A DNA stretch of 64,000 nucleotides, from contig JANVYR010000002.1 in the NCBI GenBank assembly GCA_030059665.1, positions 257,441 through 321,440 on the forward strand. Direction: 5' to 3'. This DNA is from Candidatus Calditenuis fumarioli. Lineage in GTDB: Archaea; Thermoproteota; Nitrososphaeria_A; Caldarchaeales; Calditenuaceae. This document shows, piece by piece, positions 55,195 through 64,000 of the stretch. The first letter of the stretch is position 1; each line of letters opens with the position of its first letter. The notes beneath the pieces were generated by a model. It ran no database searches and was not told the origin of the DNA. It was given only the letters and a program-made list of their open reading frames with translations. The position numbers and the translations under genes were made by a program.

Positions 55195-55581
55195 ATGCAG
55201 CCGGGCGAGAACGAACGGGTCAGGCGGATCGCCGCCGCGATAAAGTCGGGAGCCAAGCTCAGGACAGAAGTCTGTCCGGTCTGCGGAAGCCCACTCGTCG
55301 AGATGAGGGGCGAGGTAAGGTGCGTCGTCTGCGACAGGCCGGTGGTGATCGTGCGGGACGAGGCCGAGGCGGGGAGGGCGATGTACCCCTACGTGCTGAG
55401 CGCGCTGGAGGAGGTGGTGGTCGCAAAGCTGGAGGAGCTCACGAGGGTGCTCGCAGGCGCAGCGGAGCCGGAAGAGGTCGGCAGGGTCTCCGATGCCATC
55501 GACAGGCTGCTGGCGGTGCTCAGGAAGGGGATAGAGCTGGAGGAGCTGGTGAGGAAACGGGAGGAGCAGGGGAAGGGGTGA
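55195..55581 (+). CDS. UPF0148-like zinc-ribbon / coiled-coil protein
   Basis: CPVCGSPL...RCVVCD zinc ribbon followed by helical region. Confidence 0.5.
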   Translation: MQPGENERVRRIAAAIKSGAKLRTEVCPVCGSPLVEMRGEVRCVVCDRPVVIVRDEAEAGRAMYPYVLSALEEVVVAKLEELTRVLAGAAEPEEVGRVSDAIDRLLAVLRKGIELEELVRKREEQGKG

Positions 55582-55586
55582 GGGAC

Positions 55587-56618
55587 TCAGAGGTCCAGCC
55601 AGAGGCCCACGCCCTCGCGCTCCGCCTTCCGCAGGACCAGCTCGCCCGTGGCCACGTCCAGTATGGACAGACCCGTCGAGTCGTAGACCGTGATCTCGGC
55701 GTCCGAGGTCCTCCCGGGCTTCTTACCCGCCACCACCTCGCCGATCTCGCCCCTCACGTCGGAGAGGCTGATGATCCCCTGTCGGAGGGGGACGTTGATC
55801 TCGCCGCTGTGGGAGGCCTGCTCGAGGTCGTCGACGAATATCGTCGCTGATTTGAGGATCGCGGGGTCCAGCTCCTGCTTCCCCGGTGCATCGGCGCCGA
55901 TAGCGTTGATGTGCGTTCCAGGAGAGATCCAGTCCCTCATCACTACCGGTGACCTCGAAGGGGTTGTGGTGCACACGACGTCCGCCCCTTTCACGCACTC
56001 CTCGATGTTCGGGACGGGTCTGATCTCGACGCCCAGGCTGCGGGCCATCTCCTCCGCGAATTTCCGTGCGACCTCGGGCTTCCTGTCGTAGACCCGGATC
56101 TCCCTCAGCTCCCTGAGCACCTCGACCATCGCCATGGCCTGCGTCCTCGCCTGCGTTCCTGCGCCGACGATGCCGACGACGGCCGAACCCTTCCTCGCGA
56201 GGTACTTCGTTGCGACACCGCTCCCCGCACCGGTCCTCATGGCCGTGAGCCAGGTGGCACCCATCACGCAGAGCGGCCTCCCGTCGGGCGGGTTTACCAG
56301 AACCAAGAGAGCCATCACCGTGGGAAGCCCGTACCTCTCTGGGTTCAGCGGATGCGAGTTGACGACCTTCACGCCCGCCACCTCAAGCGACTCGATATAC
56401 GAAGGCATGACCCTGAGATCGCCGTCATACTTGGTGAAGTAGAGGTAGCTCTTCGGTGGCATCTGGACCCTGCTCAGCCCCTTCTCCCGGTAGGCGGCCT
56501 CGACGGCCTCTATCGCCTCCCTCATCGTGAGCAGCTCCCTGACTTCGTCGTCCCTGAGGAAGAGGACCCTCACGGAGGTCCATCGGACTCTGACCGTATA
56601 AGCTGTGCGGCGGGTCAA
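55587..56618 (-). CDS. Ornithine cyclodeaminase / mu-crystallin family protein
   Basis: Rossmann GIVGAGTQAR and family-wide motifs; true start probably 15-16 codons downstream of the ORF start. Confidence 0.8.
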   Translation of the reverse strand: MTRRTAYTVRVRWTSVRVLFLRDDEVRELLTMREAIEAVEAAYREKGLSRVQMPPKSYLYFTKYDGDLRVMPSYIESLEVAGVKVVNSHPLNPERYGLPTVMALLVLVNPPDGRPLCVMGATWLTAMRTGAGSGVATKYLARKGSAVVGIVGAGTQARTQAMAMVEVLRELREIRVYDRKPEVARKFAEEMARSLGVEIRPVPNIEECVKGADVVCTTTPSRSPVVMRDWISPGTHINAIGADAPGKQELDPAILKSATIFVDDLEQASHSGEINVPLRQGIISLSDVRGEIGEVVAGKKPGRTSDAEITVYDSTGLSILDVATGELVLRKAEREGVGLWLDL

Positions 56619-56666
56619 TACGTGAGCGAGCAGTCGACCTTCAAAGGTCTTCCGGCCCGGAGGAAC

Positions 56667-56894
56667 TCAATCGCCCTCGGGCCTCGTGTAGTTGAAGCGA
56701 TCCTCGAGCAGGTTGATGACCTGTTTCATCACACCCCTTGACAACTCTCGATCACAGTGAACGGGCAGCGTCACCTTCTCGCCCGTTGATCTGCCCAGCG
56801 TGAGGTGCGATCCCTTCTGCCGCTCTTTTTTGAAACAGAGTTTGTGAAGTCTTTTGGCAACATCTCTTGCCGACAGATTCGGCAATCTGCTCAT
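56667..56894 (-). CDS. hicA: HicA-family toxin (mRNA interferase)
   Basis: KRLHKLCFKKERQKGSHLTL...TLPVHCDRELSRGVMKQV matches YcfA/HicA pattern. Confidence 0.7.
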   Translation of the reverse strand: MSRLPNLSARDVAKRLHKLCFKKERQKGSHLTLGRSTGEKVTLPVHCDRELSRGVMKQVINLLEDRFNYTRPEGD

Positions 56895-56897
56895 TTC

Positions 56898-57635
56898 TCA
56901 ATTTCCGGTCTCCAGGTGGAGTTCAATCGCCTCCTCAGCGTTCCTCATCGCCTCCTCTGCCGTGAGTCCCTGGGTGAAGCAACCGGGAAGGCTGGGAACG
57001 ACGGCTGAAACCCAGCGATCGCCGCGCACCTTGAACAGGACAACTTCCCTCCCCTTGACCTCCCGAACTTCGTAGTGCTCCGTCTCCGGGTCCATCAACA
57101 CCCTGAGCTTCGTCAGTTCCTCAACGGTCACTTCGACTCGATTCTCAAATCTGTAAGGGATCAAAATAGGATGCCTCATGGGGAGCTCAGCGATTGTGAC
57201 GTTCTGTCCCCTCAGGCGGCTCTTTAGACCGTAAACGTGCTGAAGAAGCTCCTCTAGCGGCTTCCCACCGAACTCCACGACGACGTTCTGAAGTATTCTG
57301 ACCTGCCCTGCGTTCCTTTCGAAGAACGCCTTGAAGGAATCCAGCACCTCTACGCCAGAGTCCGCGATGCGAGGTGGGAGTTCGATGTAACCCCTCAGTA
57401 CGAGCGCGTTCAGGTCACGTGCGAGGCTCGGCGAATACGGACCATGCTTTGCCTTGACGTACTGGTGATGAAAGCACTCGACTCTCTCAATTATGCCCTC
57501 CCTTTCAGCTAAGAAGACGAGCTTCTGCAGTTTGGTGAAGCCCGTTGACCAGCCCGCCTCGCGAAGGAGCCAAAGCATCTTCAGGAGCAGTAGCCTATCG
57601 ATGCACTCCTCCCGGGAGCCGCGACGGCGATGCAT
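56898..57635 (-). CDS. Panacea (DUF4065) domain fused to HicB-like antitoxin domain
   Basis: N-terminal TKLQKLVFLAEREG...KHGPYSP (Panacea pattern) and C-terminal AVVPSLPGCFTQGLTAEEAMRNAEEAIELHLE (HicB/UPF0150 pattern); 4-nt gap to hicA. Confidence 0.55.
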   Translation of the reverse strand: MHRRRGSREECIDRLLLLKMLWLLREAGWSTGFTKLQKLVFLAEREGIIERVECFHHQYVKAKHGPYSPSLARDLNALVLRGYIELPPRIADSGVEVLDSFKAFFERNAGQVRILQNVVVEFGGKPLEELLQHVYGLKSRLRGQNVTIAELPMRHPILIPYRFENRVEVTVEELTKLRVLMDPETEHYEVREVKGREVVLFKVRGDRWVSAVVPSLPGCFTQGLTAEEAMRNAEEAIELHLETGN

Positions 57636-57872
57636 GACCGAGTTGCCGTTCAGCAGAGTTGCAGATCACATAAAATAGTTTAAGGGACTACGTTTGTCCA
57701 GGGTTCAGCCGCTCTCGTGGGTGGCGTCGCTGCGCCCTCAGACCCTTTAAGTGCAGTAAAACCACCGGGCTCTGGGTGCTGGAGGTCCACGAGTACGCGT
57801 TCGGCTTAGGCGAGCTTTGGAAATGCTGTCCGCCCCCGCATAGGATTAAATTGTCATTGTGGACGCTAAACG

Positions 57873-57994
57873 CGGGGTCCGGTCATAGGGCAGGGGCCAC
57901 ACCCGGACTCATTCCGAACCCGGAAGTTAAGCCCTGCCCGCACGGCGAGTAGTGGGGTGGGCGACCACCCGCGAAAGCCGTGTGCTGGACCCCC
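57873..57994 (+). rRNA. rrf: 5S ribosomal RNA
   Basis: CCCGGACTCATTCCGAACCCGGAAGTTAAGCC loop C/helix III signature; terminal helix GGGGTCCGG/CTGGACCCC; followed by CCCCTTTT terminator; AT-rich box (attaaat) about 25 nt upstream. Confidence 0.9.
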
Positions 57995-58653
57995 TTTTCG
58001 CGCTCATTTTTGCGCCGACAGGGCGCGACCTTTCCGACCCCCGAGTTCGAGGTCCGAGTTCGAGGACAGATCGCGCTATCTGCGAGCTAAAGATAAAAAA
58101 CAAAAAATAGATTTTGGGGAGAGGTTGCGTTCGCTTCTCCCGTCTTCTGCGCCATCCCGCTTCACCGACGGTTGCCCCGCTTCGCCAGCCACCTCTTGCG
58201 AGCCCTTCCAGACCTGTCCCTCAGGCAGGGCACACCCGGATCCCTGTCGCCCGGTGGGGTCCTGGCCGGGCGAGCCTGGTCCTACGGCACATCATCGGAG
58301 GAAGGTTCATTAGCGCCCTCTCCCACATCTCCCTGGCCCTGCCCGGGCTCCGGGGAGGGTTCTGGGGAAGGGATGGAGAGAAAGGTACCCACTAACACGC
58401 CATGCAATCCCCAGCAACGCAGTAATGGTATAGGTTCTGCGCAACGAGCATGAGGTGAAAAATTATTGTGATGATACGATAGTAGACTAGTTCGGGAACA
58501 AGAATAGACCTCTCTTAGAAAGTCCTCTAAACACTACCATTTACCTTCTCTCCTGCATGCATGAGAGTGAGTCTCGTTCACCGTAACCGTCCTATGTTGG
58601 AAGGGATAAATATACCCCTAGAGATGCTATGAACAGCGGGTCAGTGGTCTGCA

Positions 58654-59349
58654 ATGATTCCAGTAATAAAGGTATTGGTAAATAATGTTGTCATAGGTAA
58701 TGTCATCGCTGATGACTTCTTTAACAAATATGGAAATTGCGATGGGCATAATATCGTCGGTTTAGTAGCTGAAGCTTACCTCGTGAAAAAGCTGAGAAGC
58801 ACGGGCTATGAAGTGATGCTAGTGTTGAGTCACAATGTCGAAATAAGGAGCATTAAGCGACATGGTTTTTCTTACGATTGTGTAGGTGAGTATGGTGAAG
58901 TCTTGGAAAAGATGCCTGCTGAGTTAAAGGCTGTAGTCGATGAGATGTGCGAGAGAGGGGTTGATATCAGGATAGAGAATGATGGTGATGTGCCGGTGTA
59001 CCTAGAGGATAGAATGCTGTTTAAAACTAGTTTCAAAAGAACGCTCTTAAAAATCATAGCTGCGCACGGAGACAGATATCTCTCACCTCTAATAATATTT
59101 AATTCGGAATTCGAGCCTTTCCTGACGGCTCTTAGCTACAAATTGGTCCTCATGCTAGAATATGGGGCTAATATCCCCATAAAGAGATTACCTCTCAGCA
59201 GAGTTGAAAACCTTCTTGATGATATCGAGAGTATACTTGCGGAGAAAGGTCTTAAGCTTGAAAGTGATTACTGTGACGGTTTGAAAATCTCTAATGAGAG
59301 CGAGTTAATCGAAGACCTTCGTGGATTATGGAGAGTCTTTGAGGGATGA
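58654..59349 (+). CDS. Hypothetical protein on low-GC island
   Basis: 231-aa ORF, about 40% GC, no recognisable motifs. Confidence 0.4.
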   Translation: MIPVIKVLVNNVVIGNVIADDFFNKYGNCDGHNIVGLVAEAYLVKKLRSTGYEVMLVLSHNVEIRSIKRHGFSYDCVGEYGEVLEKMPAELKAVVDEMCERGVDIRIENDGDVPVYLEDRMLFKTSFKRTLLKIIAAHGDRYLSPLIIFNSEFEPFLTALSYKLVLMLEYGANIPIKRLPLSRVENLLDDIESILAEKGLKLESDYCDGLKISNESELIEDLRGLWRVFEG

Positions 59350-60309
59350 AGACCGTTTTCGAATAGGAGCGTGTCCCAGGAATTCCATTATGGTCTTCCT
59401 TATCCTTATCAGCATTTTACTGCGTGTGCTACCAGACTTGCTATTATCACTGATGGCACTGTCAACTAGGTATTACACCCCTTTTCCAAATATGTTCAGG
59501 AGTGAGTTGTAAGTCAGAGCTATAGCACTTACTAGCTCTTCTATGCTCTTCAACGTCTTACCGTTAAAGTTATTGTAGAATTATCTTAGTTGCGTCCTTA
59601 CAACTTCCTGAACCACCTCCCCATTCTGTATCTGTTGCCGAGGTTCTCGTTTACTTATTCTAATCCCATCTCATTCAAAGCCCATGGATACCACGCCCCT
59701 TTATCAATTACTGCCAACGGCCTGTTCTCGCAAATCTCGAGGGTTGTCATCAGAACCTCAGAGCGTTCAGGATCGATTTACCTCTAGAGGCGCAAATAGC
59801 CAAAATCGCGTCGGAATCCACGTCTATTGCAGACCATATGAAGCATCTGTGTCCGCTCGAGCACATCACGGTCACGTCAGCGGCCATAATTCTCCTGGAC
59901 TTCCTTAAAGGATTGAACAGCATTGATGTCCTGTGAACCCTTATCCTGACTCTCCCATAGCTGCATTGACCAGGGAATATCCCTGAGAAATGCCGCTCAG
60001 GCTTAGCCTTGCTATGTATAGGGTGACTGCGCAGACCTTATCGAAGGGATGGTAGTTATAGAACCTAACAGGGAAGACAACCTCTCGATAAGACAATCGA
60101 ATAAATGCACGAAGGATTTAGGATGAACAACACCATAAGCGGTTCTTTGAAAGGATCAAGCAAAAGTTGACAGTACTTATGTCAGGAATTTTTAACTCAT
60201 TTTCAATCTTGAAATATTGAACGGAGTAGCGAGGACAGTTTCCGGATCGATCACGAACGTGACGATAAGAAGAATAAGAATTATAATCCTGAAGAGAGTG
60301 GGATGAACG

Positions 60310-61311
60310 ATGAGGGTAGATCTCGGATTCTCTCTCCCCGTAGGGCAGTTGAGGGTCGGAGAACTCGTGCATGCAGCAAGGATTGCGGAATCAGCGGGAA
60401 TTAGCTCTATCTGGCTGCACGAAAACCCAGCTTACGGGGACAGTCTGATAGCATGCCACGCTATTCTATCGTCCACAACCTCAATCAAGGTTTGCACGGG
60501 AGCAGTAAGCGTGGTGACTAGACACCCTGTTATGCTGGCAGCAAGTGCAGCGACTTTACAAAACGAGAGCAACGGTCGGTTCGTTCTGGGTGTGTCCTTG
60601 GGTGGATTCCCATGGCTACCCCTCATCGGATATTCAATCCATCCCTTGTCTGAGTCCAAACCGCTGGTGAGGATTTTCGAAGCAATTTCTATTATAAGAG
60701 ATCTGCATGAGAACGGAATAACAAATCGCAAAGGGCGATTCTACAACGTGAATGGTTTCAGAATAGTAGTTAAGCCATATGTGAAGGTACCAATTTACGT
60801 AGCAAGCATGGGGCCAAGGATTTTGAGGAAGGCGCCAATGATCGCAGATGGTGTGATAACATCGCCAGGCGTAATGACCGTTAAATCCGTTGAGGAGTTG
60901 CTGAAAGCCGTCAAGAGCGGTGAGGCTATGTGCAATAGGGCCATCGACAAGGCGGCCTATGTGCTCAGCTCGGTCGCTAAAGACCGCGCTGAAGCGTATA
61001 AATCGGTTAAGAGGGACCCATTCTTCATTTATCAGCTTTCGGAGGTCGTCTCAGAGGAATCGCTTTTGGAGTGTGGTGTGGGGGTTGAGAGGCTGCCAGA
61101 TATAAGGAATGCGTGGAGGAACAGGGACCTGTTGAGGGCCTCTGAACTGATTACGGACGAGATGGTCCATCATTTGACGGCCACGGGGAAGCCTGAGGAC
61201 GTCATGAACCGGCTTGAGGAGTATTGGTCTACCGGTCACGATAGGCTGATCGCGGCAGCGGTAGGGGACTGGAGGTCGCTCATAGATGTCATCGGCACGC
61301 TTAACCAGTGA
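60310..61311 (+). CDS. LLM-class flavin/F420-dependent oxidoreductase (luciferase-like)
   Basis: TIM-barrel luciferase-like pattern (SIWLHENP, GVSLGGFPW, VASMGPRIL). Confidence 0.8.
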   Translation: MRVDLGFSLPVGQLRVGELVHAARIAESAGISSIWLHENPAYGDSLIACHAILSSTTSIKVCTGAVSVVTRHPVMLAASAATLQNESNGRFVLGVSLGGFPWLPLIGYSIHPLSESKPLVRIFEAISIIRDLHENGITNRKGRFYNVNGFRIVVKPYVKVPIYVASMGPRILRKAPMIADGVITSPGVMTVKSVEELLKAVKSGEAMCNRAIDKAAYVLSSVAKDRAEAYKSVKRDPFFIYQLSEVVSEESLLECGVGVERLPDIRNAWRNRDLLRASELITDEMVHHLTATGKPEDVMNRLEEYWSTGHDRLIAAAVGDWRSLIDVIGTLNQ

Positions 61312-61918
61312 AAAACCCATCAACGCACTGATCGTCACGGTAGCCGTAGCTTACATCCTGTGGTACTTCGCATTCATGATCGAGTTCTCGAGTTTCTGGA
61401 CTCGACTGGCGATAAGTTCAACCGTCCTGCTCTTCATGTGCGCAGCGCTTGCCTGGAATGGGTCGTTTCCGGGAAAGGTGGGGCTCAATTGGAGAGCCTT
61501 GATCATAGGTATCTGCTGGGGCCTCGGGATGTACGTCGCTACACTCATGAGCTACAAGGCTGTGGAGAACTACGTCAGGGATGATGCGGGAGCCGTGTAT
61601 GCTCTCATGGGAGACGTTGACGTAGGGTTGGTGGTCCTCACACTGCTGTACGTCAGTTTCACCGAGGAGCTCTACTGGCGTGGCTTCGTCTTCGAGACAT
61701 TGAGTTGCGGTTTGGGGGTTACTAAGGCGCTCCTCCTCACCACACTATTCTACTCCACGATCCATATCTGGACGTCAAATCTACCATTGATGCTCGTCGC
61801 CGCAGTCGCTGGCCTCCTGTGGGGCGTCCTATACAGACTGACTCGATCAGTCTTTTCTGCGTGGGCGTCCCATGCTTTGTGGGACCTGATGGTTTTCGTC
61901 TTTCTCCCATTGCGCTGA
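61286..61918 (+). CDS. CPBP-family intramembrane metalloprotease (CAAX protease/Abi)
   Basis: EELYWRGF and HALWD motifs in polytopic membrane protein. Confidence 0.8.
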   Translation: MSSARLTSEKPINALIVTVAVAYILWYFAFMIEFSSFWTRLAISSTVLLFMCAALAWNGSFPGKVGLNWRALIIGICWGLGMYVATLMSYKAVENYVRDDAGAVYALMGDVDVGLVVLTLLYVSFTEELYWRGFVFETLSCGLGVTKALLLTTLFYSTIHIWTSNLPLMLVAAVAGLLWGVLYRLTRSVFSAWASHALWDLMVFVFLPLR

Positions 61919-62138
61919 AGTCTTCCAACTGTTCGAATTATTCTCTGCAATTAGGGGCACCATGATAGCGTGCTGATCGGATCTGCGCGGGGTATGTGGA
62001 TGAAATCAACGCCCGATTTCGTTCGTGAAACCTTAGAGCTCTATGCGATAGGCGAAAAGACGCGATTGAGGTTCATAGATCGCATGTGGTTTGCTGTGCC
62101 GGAATATGAGGAGATACTGATAGCCCCAACAAACACGC

Positions 62139-63014
62139 TCAACCCAAAAGAATTCCAATTATCAGTGCGGCTCCGAAGAACATCGTTAGGCCCGCGACCC
62201 TAGCATCTGAGTCCACAGGAAGTGACCTCCTGAAATGCGACAGCATCTTGACAGCCATCGGGACTGTCACCAGAATCGCCAATGACGTGGGTGGCAGAAG
62301 CCTGAAAGCCACCTGGATCAGTACTATCAGGTACGAGACAGCTAGCAGGGCAGCGAAGATGACGAAGCCCCACCTGAGGCCAAGAACCGTGGCGACTGTC
62401 CTGATGTTGGCGCTCCTATCGTACTCGATGTCCCTGAGGTTGTTGGCTAAAAGGACGGCCCCGACTAGGCATCCCACGGGAATGGAGGTCAGCAGAACGC
62501 CCGCCTCCAACCGACCCGTCAAAACCAAATAGGTTCCTCCGACCATCAGAGGTCCCCAAGTAGCTATGACGCTCGCTTCACCGAAGGCCCTGTACTTCAG
62601 AGTCAGGGGAGGTGCCGTATAGAAAACGCTCAAGAAGGTCCCAGCCAGCGCGAACGCGATGACCAGAGGCCCCCTCAGCAGGCTTAGGTAGGTTGCTATC
62701 CCGAGAGACACAGTATACAGCGAGGCTGTGACCAAGGCGTAGGTCTTTTTCGTCGTCACCCCATAGGCTAAAGGATGAGGCCTGTACCTCGTCGTAGGGG
62801 CGCCTGCGACATCAACTCTGAAGTTGACGTCGTAGATGTCATTGGCTAGGTTCGTCGCTGCATGCAACACGACTAGCCCAGCAAGGACTAGAACGAAGAG
62901 GACGGCATCGAAGGAACCGGACTTAAAGGCTAGCACGCCACCAAGAGAGGACGAAATCAGCGTCATCACGAAGGACCAGGGTCTGCTTGCAAGAAACCAT
63001 TCGGCGACCCTCAT
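62139..63014 (-). CDS. UbiA-family prenyltransferase (MenA-like)
   Basis: NDIYDVNFD aspartate-rich motif, 8-9 TM helices; start at internal Met. Confidence 0.8.
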   Translation of the reverse strand: MRVAEWFLASRPWSFVMTLISSSLGGVLAFKSGSFDAVLFVLVLAGLVVLHAATNLANDIYDVNFRVDVAGAPTTRYRPHPLAYGVTTKKTYALVTASLYTVSLGIATYLSLLRGPLVIAFALAGTFLSVFYTAPPLTLKYRAFGEASVIATWGPLMVGGTYLVLTGRLEAGVLLTSIPVGCLVGAVLLANNLRDIEYDRSANIRTVATVLGLRWGFVIFAALLAVSYLIVLIQVAFRLLPPTSLAILVTVPMAVKMLSHFRRSLPVDSDARVAGLTMFFGAALIIGILLG

Positions 63015-63509
63015 ATGATTCCCCTTTGATGATCGTACAGCCCAAATTAAAAACCTCCAAGGGGGTTTTCCAATCACCAGTCAGTGTTTTTGTGGCTTAA
63101 TTCTCTGATTCTGGAAACTATTGACGAAGTGTTGGCAAGGTCATCCACGACGCCTAGGCCTTTCGGACTGATCAGGGGGTCGGAACGGGGAATTTGTCCC
63201 GAACCATCCCGGCAAGGCGCTTAAGTCGCTGCTGCACGTGTTGTTGTAGACGAGGGCGTTCGTACCGGGTCCACGGACCTGGACGCACGGGATGCATAAC
63301 CTCGTTTGCTCTGACCTCCTCCCCGCCCTAGAGGACGGGGATTCCCTTTGGAGCAGGATGTTCTGGTCCACATCCCCAGCTTTGTAGCCGTCGGTAGTCG
63401 TACATTTGGTTGGTTCTATTGGCTCCTCCCCCTACAATGCCAGGCCAGCGTCAACGTTTAACCCGTTCACCGTCTGCTTTTATCACGACAATGCGGATGT
63501 TGTATCGCC

Positions 63510-64000
63510 TTGGGCGGAAAGTTTGGCGTCCTGAAGGGGGCGTGCCTCGCTGGTGCGCTTATCCTGATCCTCGCGGCAGCGTTGCTGGCCGTCCCCGTGC
63601 CTGCCTCAGCCATAGTCTACGCTCAGGGCGTTCCAGGCAACCCTCCTCCGAACGCAATTCCGAACAAGAGGTTCACACTCATCGCTTCTGAGACCGACGT
63701 GGTAATAGACGAGGGGGTTGTTTTCAAGGCATTCGTCTTCAACGGCACCTCCCCTGGTCCCCTGATAGTCGTTGAGGAGGGGGACGTCGTGGAGATCGTC
63801 GTCAAGAACGCCGGCCGATACACGCACGGTTTATCGATTCACGCCGCTAACACGCAGACCTCGAAGTTCGTCGGCAACATACCGCCTGGCGGAGAGGGGA
63901 GGCTGGTGTTCAAGGCAGACTTTCAGGGCGTCTACATGTACCACTGCGCCCCGGGAGGACATGGGATATTGACCCACACGATGGCCGGCATGTACGGGAT
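63510..64000 (+). CDS. Copper-containing nitrite reductase / multicopper oxidase N-terminal part (continues beyond window)
   Basis: Signal peptide (LILILAAALLAVPVPASA), HGLSIHAA and type-1 Cu site YMYHCAPGGHGILTHTMAGMYG; read in frame 0, not listed in ORF track. Confidence 0.6.
   Translation, partial: MGGKFGVLKGACLAGALILILAAALLAVPVPASAIVYAQGVPGNPPPNAIPNKRFTLIASETDVVIDEGVVFKAFVFNGTSPGPLIVVEEGDVVEIVVKNAGRYTHGLSIHAANTQTSKFVGNIPPGGEGRLVFKADFQGVYMYHCAPGGHGILTHTMAGMYG

Noticed and set aside
58260-58400. Possible RNase P RNA because of a CCGGGCTCC (CR-I-like) string downstream of the 5S rRNA gene
   Set aside because: The flanking GGAAAGUCC half of CR-I and other conserved regions are not present.
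61970-62203. 77-aa + strand ORF overlapping the 3' end of the UbiA-family gene
   Set aside because: Convergent 65-nt overlap with a well-supported membrane protein gene and no motifs. Likely spurious.

Overview
This 64-kb window comes from a high-GC archaeal chromosome, most likely a hyperthermophilic crenarchaeon (Thermoprotei). The evidence is Sm-like protein, S25e, Elp3, Rio2, archaeal SAM synthetase, a Y-family polymerase, a stand-alone 5S rRNA, an archaellum operon, and CRISPR repeats ending in the crenarchaeal GTTGAAAG handle.

Housekeeping genes (psmB, apgM, dinB, leuD-like, ileS-rio2, mat, elp3, atpI, PGI/PMI, IPK, M42 peptidase, tRNA-Ile, 5S rRNA) are interspersed with accessory modules:

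1. A complete type I-A CRISPR-Cas locus (csa3 | csa5-cas7-cas5-cas8a'-cas3'-cas3''-cas6-csa1-cas1-cas2-cas4). It is bracketed by two CRISPR arrays of 20 and 15 repeats, both transcribed on the minus strand from duplicated leaders about 92% identical.
2. An archaellum cluster (flaG/F-like, flaH, flaI, flaJ) whose FlaI ATPase is interrupted by a 420-aa LAGLIDADG intein with an unusual C-terminal Asp.
3. An anomalous region of about 4 kb (23.86-27.87 kb). It holds a 5'-truncated tsaA pseudogene, an orphan tRNA 3'-half, a low-GC free-standing LAGLIDADG homing-endonuclease gene, a 1.6-kb ORF-free, very GC-rich low-complexity tract with tandem hairpin units, and an AT-rich ORF-poor stretch carrying a 374-bp element flanked by 15-bp inverted repeats. 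This looks like a decayed integrated element or rearrangement scar, possibly hosting an undescribed structured RNA.
4. Toxin-antitoxin-like modules: HicA next to a Panacea(DUF4065)-HicB fusion, and a convergent DUF2283/DUF4258 pair on a low-GC islet.
5. Odd pairings: a solitary EtfB next to a Cys-rich small ORF, a CofE translationally coupled to an Mrr-like nuclease, and an acylphosphatase fused to a heptad-repeat coiled coil.

Many ORFs in the supplied six-frame track are antisense or compositional artefacts of GC-rich DNA or translations of CRISPR repeats, and were not called.
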